A model generated the notes under the pieces. It saw only the letters and a program-made list of their open reading frames with translations. It was not told where the DNA came from and ran no database searches. Made by a program: the position numbers and the translations under genes. This document shows, piece after piece, positions 54,784 through 64,000 of a stretch of DNA of 64,000 nucleotides. Position 1 is the first letter of the stretch. Each line of letters starts with the position of its first letter. Source of the DNA: Octopus sinensis (Eukaryota). The stretch is from assembly GCF_006345805.1 (NCBI RefSeq), contig NC_043008.1:17484001-17548000 (forward strand). Direction: 5' to 3'.

Positions 54784-56193
54784 TCACTTACCTGTCCTTT
54801 GTTTTTCATAGTCACTTGAATGTTCCTTGCCAATACGAACAAATTCCATATCCATTCTTACTCCGAAATACTCATCCATATTTTCCACGAATTCATCGCT
54901 CATTCTTATATCTTTCACCTCCCAATTCTCGCATTCACACATCACCATAAAGTCACCTATGTTCTTCTTTTCAATCACAGCATACCTAGTCTCACCAACA
55001 TCATACCATTTATACTCTTCCATTAGACTTTTAACTTCTTTCTGTTCAGTCATAGTACAAATGTACATCCTGATATCGTTTTCAATCTCTTGTGTGTGTG
55101 TATTCTTTTTTTTCTTTTGTTTTCTTGTTGGGGGGGAGCGGGTGGGTTCAATGTCTGCATGGGTAGGGTGGGACTCAGAGGGCGTGGGTGGTTTTGGGGT
55201 GGATTGGAGTTCCATATTGTTTTCTTTTCCACGTATTCTTCTCTTCCTCTTACTTCCAGCTTCCTTCCATTTCTGTGTATTCTCTTCCTCTGTTTCCTTC
55301 TCCTCTGGTTTCTGCTTCTCTCTCTCTGGTTCGGAATCCATTTCTTTCCCTGGGGGAGGGCAGAAGGCTCTTATGTGACCCCTCAGGCCACACTTGTAAC
55401 AACGTGGAGCCCTGCCCTCCACCCACACTCTCATGATCACTTCTCCCAGTCTGATGCTTTCCGTCAGGTCCACCAGTACCTCGGTCTCTGCCTGTACGTT
55501 CAGCTCCACTGTTACGCCTCTCCAGCCCTCGGACTTAACCGAGGCATGGAGAATATCCACTTCGTCCTCGTGGCCGTGATCACAGCCGCCACAATCCATT
55601 CTGCCTCCACGTTTGGTGGCACTCCCTCCACCCTTATTCGTGTAATCCTCCTGTTTAAATACGTAGGTAACAGTTTACCTTTCCGACTTCACCGCCTTCG
55701 CCGCCATCTTCCTCGCTGCAGATTCACTTTTAAAATGCACAACTACGGTCCCATACTTGGATCCTCGAGTCAGAAAATTTATTTCCTCCTCAGTTCTTCG
55801 CAGGGCTTCCTCTATCCATTCCATGGATACAACTTCTACCCTCTTCCTTTCGTTTGCGCACACCCTGTAAACAATGGTCCTCTTATCATACCATTCTTTT
55901 CTCCTGGGTGTCGGTGATAGTTCCACCTCACCGCTTTCCTTTTTCATGTGTTTCTGGTAACTTGGTAGCTTAGCTTGCCAAGTCGACCCCTTTCTCTTCC
56001 GCCTTCTTGGTTACACCGGCATAAGTATAACTCAGCTTCTTTTCCAATTTCCTGCTGCCATTTCTAGCTCCTTCTCAGACAAGTCTGATAAAGACTCGAA
56101 AACTCCAGCCTTTTCCTCCATCAGCTTCACTGCAATTGCCTGTTCCAGTTCCTCATCTGTCGTGGACAAGTCTGTTAGAGACTCATAGTCCAT
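54784..56193 (-). CDS. Unit 1 Gag-like ORF1 (Tx1/L1 type, CX2CX4HX4C knuckle), ~470 aa, frameshifted in this sequence
   Basis: MDYESLTDLSTTDEELEQ start; VWVEGRAPRCYKCGLRGHIRAFC; ends KQRTGK*. Confidence 0.75.
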
Positions 56194-56527
56194 TTCCTTC
56201 TGTCTGACAGACCGAAAACGGCCGCCAAAACAGAAAAAAGTTTAACGCGCTGAACGAGCGAAACGCGAAACCGCGTCAACGCCGTTCAGAATTTCCACAA
56301 CAACAACCACGCTTTTTGTTCTTTTTTACCGAATTTTCAGGAGCCGAAAAAAACACAACCGACGTCAAACGAAGTGGTGATTTCTTTATTACCCACTAGG
56401 GGCGACACAGAAGGGGACACCAACAGACATGGGGACATAGAACATTATAATTAAACTTTATGAACATGAATTGTTAAACGAAAAAATGATTAAATGAAAG
56501 CGATACCAACGGCCCCGTCCGTCAGCA

Positions 56528-57931
56528 TCACTTACCTGTCCTTTGTTTTTCATAGTCACTTGAATGTTCCTTGCCAATACGAACAAATTCCATATCCATT
56601 CTTACTCCGAAATACTCATCCATATTTTCCACGAATTCATCGCTCATTCTTATATCTTTCACCTCCAATTCTCGCATTCACACATCACATAAAGTCACCT
56701 ATGTTCTTCTTTTCAATCACAGCATACCTAGTCTCACCAACATCATACCATTTATACTCTTCCATTAGACTTTTAACTTCTTTCTGTTCAGTCATAGTAC
56801 AAATGTACGGCCTGATATCGATTTCAATCTCTTGTGTGTGTGTATTCTTTTTTTTCTTTTGTTTTCTTGTTGGGGGGGAGCGGGTGGTTCAATGTCTGCA
56901 TGGATAGGGTGGGACTCAGAGGGCGTGGGTGGTTTTGGGGTGGATTGGAGTTCCATATTATTTTCTTTTCCACGTATTCTTCTCTTCCTCTTACTTCCAG
57001 CTTCCTTCCATTTCTGTGTATTCTCTTCCTCTGTTTCCTTCTCCTCTGGTTTCTGCTTCTCTCTCTCTGGTTCGGGATCCATTTCTTTCCCTGGGGGAGG
57101 GCAGAAGGCTCTTATGTGACCCCTCAGGCCACACTTGTAACAACGTGGAGCCCTGCCCTCCACCCACACTCTCATGATCACTTCTCCCAGTCTGATGCTT
57201 TCCGTCAGGTCCACCAGTACCTCGGTCTCTGCCTGTACGTTCAGCTCCACTGTTACGCCTCTCCAGCCCTCGGACTTAACCGAGGCATGGAGAATATCAC
57301 TTCGTCCTCGTGGCCGCTGATCACAGCCGCCACATCCATTCTGCCTCCACGTTTGGTGGCACTCCCTCCACCCTTATTCGTGTAATCCTCCTGTTTAAAT
57401 ACGTAGGTAACAGTGTTACCTTTTCCGACTTCACCGCCTTCGCGCCATCTTCCTCGCTGCAGATTCACTTTTAAAATGCACAACTACGGTCCCATACTTG
57501 GATCCTCGAGTCAGAAAATTTATTTCCTCCTCAGTTCTTCGCAGGGCTTCCTCTATCCATTCCATGGTTACAACTTCTACCCTCTTCCTTTCGTTTGCGA
57601 ACACCCTGTAAACAATGGTCCTCTTATCATACCATTCTTTTCTCCTGGGTGTCGGTGATAGTTCCACCTCACCGCTTTCCTTTTTCATGTGTTTCTGGTA
57701 ACTTGGTAGCTTGGCCAAGTCGACCCCTTTCTCTCCGCCTTCTTGGTTACACCGGCATAAGTATACATCTCTTTTCCAATTCCTTGCTGCCATTTCTAGC
57801 TCCTTCTCAGACGTAGGCGAGTCTGATAAAGACTCGAAAACTCCAGCCTTTTCCTCCATCAGCTTCACTGCAATTGCCTGTTCCAGTTCCTCATCTGTCG
57901 TGGACAAGTCTGTTAGAGACTCATAGTCCAT
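56528..57931 (-). CDS. Unit 2 Gag-like ORF1, frameshifted in this sequence
   Basis: ORF pieces 57431-57931 and 56792-57250 are near-identical to unit 1. Confidence 0.7.
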
Positions 57932-58265
57932 TTCCTTCTGTCTGACAGACCGAAAACGGCCGCCAAAACAGAAAAAAGTTTAACGCGCTGAACGAGCGAA
58001 ACGCGAAACCGCGTCAACGCCGTTCAGAATTTCCACAACAACAACCACGCTTTTTGTTCTTTTTTACCGAATTTTACAGAGCGTAAAAAAACACGACCGA
58101 CGTCAAACGAAGTGGTGATTTCTTTATTACCCACTAGGGGCGACACAGAAGGGGACACCAAAAGACATGGGGACATAAAACATTATAATTAAACTTTATG
58201 AACATGAATTGTTAAACGAAAAAATGATTAAATGAAAGCGATACCAACGGCCCCGTCCGTCAGCA

Positions 58266-59677
58266 TCACTTACCTGTCCTTTGTTTTTCATAGTCACTTG
58301 AATGTTCCTTGCCAATACGAACAAATTCCATATCCATTCTTACTCCGAAATACTCATCCATATTTTCCACGAATTCATCGCTCATTCTTATATCTTTCAC
58401 CTCCCAATTCTCGCATTCACACATCACCATAAAGTCACCTATGTTCTTCTTTTCAATCACAGCATACCTAGTCTCACCAACATCATACCATTTATACTCT
58501 TCCATTAGACTTTTAACTTCTTTCTGTTCAGTCATAGTACAAATGTACGGCCTGATATCGATTTCAATCTCTTGTGTGTGTGTATTCTTTTTTTTCTTTT
58601 GTTTTCTTGTTGGGGGGGAGCGGGTGGGTTCAATGTCTGCATGGATAGGGTGGGACTCAGAGGGCGTGGGTGGTTTTGGGGTGGATTGGAGTTCCATATT
58701 ATTTTTTTCCACGTATTCTTCTCTTCCTCTTACTTCCAGCTTCCTTCCATTTCTGTGTATTCTCTTCCTCTGTTTCCTTCTCCTCTGGTTTCTGCTTCTC
58801 TCTCTCTGGTTCGGGATCCATTTCTTTCCCTGGGGGAGGGCAGAAGGCTCTTATGTGACCCCTCAGGCCACACTTGTAACAACGTGGAGCCCTGCCCTCC
58901 ACCCACACTCTCATGATCACTTCTCCCAGTCTGATGCTTTCCGTCAGGTCCACCAGTACCTCGGTCTCTGCCTGTACGTTCAGCTCCACTGTTACGCCTC
59001 TCCAGCCCTCGGACTTAACCGAGGCATGGAGAATATCTACTTCGTCCTCGTGGCCGCTGATCACAGCCGCCACAATCCATTCTGCCTCCACGTTGGTGGC
59101 ACTCCCTCCACCCTTATTCGTGTAATCCTCCTGTTTAAATACGTAGGTAACAGTGTTACCTTTTCCGACTTCACCGCCTTCGCCGCCATCTTCCTCGCTG
59201 CAGATTCACTTTTAAAATGCACAACTACGGTCCCATACTTGGATCCTCGAGTCAGAAAATTTATTTCCTCCTCAGTTCTTCGCAGGGCTTCCTCTATCCA
59301 TTCCATGGTTACAACTTCTACCCTCTTCCTTTCGTTTGCGAACACCCTGTAAACAATGGTCCTCTTATCATACCATTCTTTTCTCCTGGGTGTCGGTGAT
59401 AGTTCCACCTCACCGCTTTCCTTTTTCATGTGTTTCTGGTAACTTGGTAGCTTGGCCAAGTCGACCCCTTTCTCTTCCGCCTTCTTGGTTACACCGGCAT
59501 AAGTATAACTCAGCTTCTTTTCCAATTTCCTTGCTGCCATTTCTAGCTCCTTCTCAGACGTAGGCGAGTCTGATAAAGACTCGAAAACTCCAGCCTTTTC
59601 CTCCATCAGCTTCACTGCAATTGCCTGTTCCAGTTCCTCATCTGTCGTGGACAGTCTGTTAGAGACTCATAGTCCAT
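58266..59677 (-). CDS. Unit 3 Gag-like ORF1, frameshifted in this sequence
   Basis: ORF pieces 59061-59615, 58699-59091 and 58266-58712 tile the protein. Confidence 0.7.
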
Positions 59678-60007
59678 TTCCTTCTGTCTGACAGACCGAA
59701 AACGGCGCCAAAACAGAAAAAAGTTTAACGCGCTGAACGAGCGAAACGCGAAACCGCGTCAACGCCGTTCAGAATTTCCACAACAACAACCACGCTTTTT
59801 GTTCTTTTTTACCGAATTTTACAGAGCGTAAAAAACACGACCGACGTCAAACGAAGTGGTGATTTCTTTATTACCCACTAGGGGCGACACAGAAGGGGAC
59901 ACCAAAAACATGGGGACATAGAACATTATAATTAAACTTTATGAACATGAATTGTAAACGAAAAAATGATTAAATGAAAGCGATACCAACGGCCCCGTCC
60001 GTCAGCA

Positions 60008-61414
60008 TCACTTACCTGTCCTTTGTTTTTCATAGTCACTTGAATGTTCCTTGCCAATACGAACAAATTCCATATCCATTCTTACTCCGAAATACTCATC
60101 CATATTTTCCACGAATTCATCGCTCATTCTTATATCTTTCACCTCCCAATTCTCGCATTCACACATCACAAAAGTCACCTATGTTCTTCTTTTCAATCAC
60201 AGCATACCTAGTCTCACCAACATCATACCATTTATACTCTTCCATTAGACTTTTAACTTCTTTCTGTTCAGTCATAGTACAAATGTACGGCCTGATATCG
60301 ATTTCAATCTCTTGTGTGTGTGTATTCTTTTTTTTCTTTTGTTTTCTTGTTGGGGGGGAGCGGGTGGGTTCAATGTCTGCATGGATAGGGTGGGACTCAG
60401 AGGGCGTGGGTGGTTTTGGGGTGGATTGGAGTTCCATATTATTTTCTTTTCCGCGTATTCTTCTCTTCCTCTTACTTCCAGCTTCCTTCCATTTCTGTGT
60501 ATTCTCTTCCTCTGTTTCCTTCTCCTCTGGTTTCTGCTTCTCTCTCTCTGGTTCGGGATCCATTTCTTTCCCTGGGGGAGGGCAGAAGGCTCTTATGTGA
60601 CCCCTCAGGCCACACTTGTAACAACGTGGAGCCCTGCCCTCCACCCACACTCTCATGATCACTTCTCCCAGTCTGATGCTTTCCGTCAGGTCCACCAGTA
60701 CCTCGGTCTCTGCCTGTACGTTCAGCTCCACTGTTACGCCTCTCCAGCCCTCGGACTTAACCGAGGCATGGAGAATATCTACTTCGTCCTCGTGGCCGCT
60801 GATCACAGCCGCCACAATCCATTCTGCCTCCACGTTTGGTGGCACCTCCACCCTTATTCGTGTAATCCCCTGTTAAATACGTAGGTAACAGTGTTACCTT
60901 TTCCGACTTCACCGCCTTCGCCGCCATCTTCCTCGCTGCAGATTCACTTTTAAAATGCACAACTACGGTCCCATACTTGGATCCTCGAGTCAGAAAATTT
61001 ATTTCCTCCTCAGTTCTTCGCAGGGCTTCCTCTATCCATTCCATGGTTACAACTTCTACCCTCTTCCTTTCGTTTGCGAACACCCTGTAAACAATGGTCC
61101 TCTTATCATACCATTCTTTTCTCCTGGGTGTCGGTGATAGTTCCACCTCACCGCTTTCCTTTTTCATGTGTTTCTGGTAACTTGGTAGCTTGGCCAAGTC
61201 GACCCCTTTCTCTTCCGCCTTCTTGGTTACACCGGCATAAGTATAACTCAGCTTCTTTTCCAAATCCTCGCTGCCATTTCTAGCTCCTTCTCAGACGTAG
61301 GCGAGTCTGATAAAGACTCGAAAACTCCAGCCTTTTCTCCATCAGCTTCACTGCAATTGCCTGTTCCAGTTCCTCATCTGTCGTGGACAAGTCTGTTAGA
61401 GACTCATAGTCCAT
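60008..61414 (-). CDS. Unit 4 Gag-like ORF1, frameshifted in this sequence
   Basis: ORF pieces 60757-61263 and 60159-60851. Confidence 0.7.
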
Positions 61415-61761
61415 TTCCTTCTGTCTGACAGACCGAAAACGGCCGCCAAAACAGAAAAAAGTTTAACGCGCTGAACGAGCGAAACGCGAAACCGCGTCAA
61501 CGCCGTTCAGAATTTCCACAACAACAACAACGCTTTTTGTTCTTTTTTACCGAATTTTCAGGAGCCGAAAAAAACACAACCGACGTCAAACGAAGTGGTG
61601 ATTTCTTTATTACCCACTAGGGGCTACATAGAGGGGACATTACAAACATTGGGGACATAGAACATCACAATTACATATATATGAGCAAAATGGAATATGA
61701 AAATGATATATGAGAGTGATACCGACGGCCCCATCCGCCAGCATCACTTATCTGTCCTTCT

Positions 61762-63085
61762 TCACCCATTTCCAATTAGCATTCCTTGTTTTCCTATCAC
61801 AACATTCGTTTTTCTTTTAGCCATCTCTATCCATTCATCTTTCATTTCCACTGACCTCCAACACACACCCTCTTCCTCAAACCTTCTCATCAATATACCC
61901 GTATCATCACTATCCACAGCCGTGTAGCTACAATCTTCGTGTTCGTACCACTTGGTCAACACCCGCTTTTTAACGTTTTGTATGTCTTTCCCATGTATAA
62001 CACATAAAAAATGGGTCTCGGGACTTTCTTTGCTTTGTGTGTGTGTTTTTGATTTTCTTGTAGGAGGGGAGTGGGTGGAATCACTGTTTGCCGGGGAGGG
62101 TCGGGACTCCAAGGGTATGGGTGGTGTCGGGGTGGGTTGGGGCTTCGCACAGTTTTTCTTTTTCCTTCTTTTTCTCTTTGTTCCCCCTTCTTTCCACTCT
62201 TGTTGCATCTCTTCTTCTGTCGTTTCCTTCTCTGTTTGTTTCTGTTTATTTTCTTCCTCTCCTGAGGCTTCCTCAACGCTTTCCTTTTCTTTTTCCTTTG
62301 GTGGGGGAGGGCAGTAGGCTCTTATGTGCCCCCTTTGGCCACACTTGTAGCACCTGGGCGCCCTACCCTCCACCCACACTCTCATAATAATATTTCCAGT
62401 TTTTATGCTGTCCGTAATCCTCTCTATAACATCCGCCTCCGTTTGAATGTTCATAACTAGTGTGGCACCTCTCACGCCTTCATTCTTCATAATGGCGTGG
62501 AGGATGTCCACTTTATCTTCATTTCCTTTTATAACCGCAGCTGTTATTAATTCGCCTTCTAGGTGTGGAGGTATTCCTTCCACCCTAATTCTAGTTGTCC
62601 GCCTATTCAGATACGAGGGTAACAAGTAAAACTTTTCAGTACTCACCACCTTGGCTGCTACATTCCTGGCTGCTTTTTCACTTTTAAATTGCACCGTTAT
62701 GGTTCCGTATTGTAATCCTTTTGTCATGTACACAATTCCTCTCCTGTCTGCTGAGAGCCTCTTCAATTGCTTCCATGTTAATTACTTCCATCTTTCTCCC
62801 TCCATTCATAAAAACTTTATATTTAATGGTTCTACGATGGAACCAGTCTTCGCGCCCTACTGGAGGCAGCAGCTCCACCTCTCCGTTTTCGTCCTCCTTC
62901 ACAAACTCCTGGAGGCCCGTCAACTTAGCCAGGTCTATCTCTCTTTCCATTGACTTCTTCGTTACACCTGCGTAGGTGCCTTCCATCTTTTTCACCGCCA
63001 ACTCCTCCTCAGATGACGATACTTCCGTCGAAATTTCAGAGAAATTTCTCCCTTCCATCTCCTCCGTTTGATGGAGGCGGCTCAT
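61762..63085 (-). CDS. Unit 5 divergent Gag-like ORF1 (~440 aa, one frameshift near 62750)
   Basis: ORFs 62684-63085 and 61762-62766; VWVEGRAPRCYKCGQRGHIRAYC. Confidence 0.8.
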
Positions 63086-63418
63086 AATCGCCTCAGACCG
63101 AAAAACGGCCTCCCGAACCGAAAAAGTTTAACGCGCCGAACGAGCGAAACGCGAAACCGCGCCAACGCCGTTCAGAGTCTCCACAACAACAACCACGCTT
63201 TTTTTTTTTTCTTTTTTACCGAATTTTCAGGAGCCGAAAAAAACACAACCGACGTCAAACGAAGTGGTGATTTCTTTATTACCCACTAAGGGGCGACACA
63301 GAAGGGGACACCAAAAGACATGGGGACATAAAACATTATAATTAGACTTTATGAAAATGAATTGTTAAACGAAAAAATGATTAAATGAAAGCGATACCAA
63401 CGGCCCCGTCCGTCAGCA

Positions 63419-64000
63419 TCACTTACCTGTCCTTTGTTTTTCATAGTCACTTGAATGTTCCTTGCCAATACGAACAAATTCCATATCCATTCTTACTCCG
63501 AAATACTCATCCATATTTTCCACGAATTCATCGCTCATTCTTATATCTTTCACCTCCCAATTCTCGCATTCACACATCACCATAAAGTCACTATGTTCTT
63601 CTTTTCAATCACAGCATACCTAGTCTCACAAACATCATACCATTTATACTCTTCCATTAGACTTTTAACTTCTTTCTGTTCAGTCATAGTACAAATGTAC
63701 GGCCTGATATCTATTTCAATCTCTGTGTGTGTGTATTCTTTTTTTTCTTTTGTTTTCTTGTTGGGGGGGAGCGGGTGGGTTCAATGTCTGCATGGATAGG
63801 GTGGGACTCAGAGGGCGTGGGTGGTTTTGGGGTGGATTGGAGTTCCATATTATTTTCTTTTCCACGTATTCTTCTCTTCCTCTTACTTCAGCAGCTTCCT
63901 TCCATTTCTGTGTATCTCTTCCTCTGTTTCCTTCTCCTCTGGTTTCTGCTTCTCTCTCTCTGGTTCGGGATCCATTTCTTTCCCTGGGGGAGGGCAGAAG
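63419..64000 (-). CDS. Unit 6 ORF1 C-terminal part (truncated by window edge)
   Basis: Near-identical to the unit 1-4 C-terminal region. Confidence 0.7.

Larger units (their letters stand above)
54635..64000 (-). mobile_element. Head-to-tail array of ORF1-only non-LTR elements; units 54635-56379, 56380-58117, 58118-59861, 59862-61600, 61601-63269 (divergent), 63270-64000 (partial)
   Basis: Identical junction gtgggtaataaagaaat|caccacttcgtttgacgtcgg on the minus strand between all units; no RT/EN motifs in any unit. Confidence 0.9.

Noticed and set aside
54750-63800. Plus-strand ORFs in the array (e.g. 58309-59352, 347 aa)
   Set aside because: Antisense shadows of the purine-rich ORF1 strand; F/S/L-rich and without motifs.
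54635-64000. Array as an LTR retrotransposon/retrovirus gag or a domesticated host gene cluster
   Set aside because: No LTRs, PBS/PPT, protease or introns; the knuckle context and tail are non-LTR type and the tail is shared with SINEs and a LINE remnant. Domestication cannot be fully excluded.
64000-64000. Telomeric function of the array
   Set aside because: No (TTAGGG)n or chromosome end is visible in the window; the HeT-A comparison is architectural only.

Overview
AT-rich, microsatellite-dense animal DNA with no confidently identifiable host gene. The tRNA-derived SINE families and repeat landscape suggest an octopus/cephalopod genome (inference). The first ~54 kb is a graveyard of SINEs (three main families), fragments of Dong/R4-, CR1-, RTE-like, CRE-like and Tx1/L1-like LINEs, Tc1/mariner remnants, non-autonomous Helitrons and a fold-back palindrome containing a hammerhead-ribozyme-like motif. 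The main find is at 54635-64000: a head-to-tail array of at least six ~1.7 kb minus-strand units. Each has a CpG-rich 5' leader, one Tx1/L1-type ORF1 (Gag-like, single CCHC knuckle, ~440-470 aa) and a short 3' UTR, with no reverse transcriptase or endonuclease. The units end in the same hairpin+AATAAAGAAAT tail ('tail A') as one SINE subfamily and a Tx1-like ORF2 remnant. At three separate loci tail-A elements are joined to one specific site (GGTATTTCGT) in the head of a SINE, once with a visible 10-bp target-site duplication. Together this suggests a SINE-targeting Tx1-like retrotransposon system with a non-autonomous SINE and an ORF1-only, array-forming satellite element. The model is inferred from junction sequences and is not yet tested.
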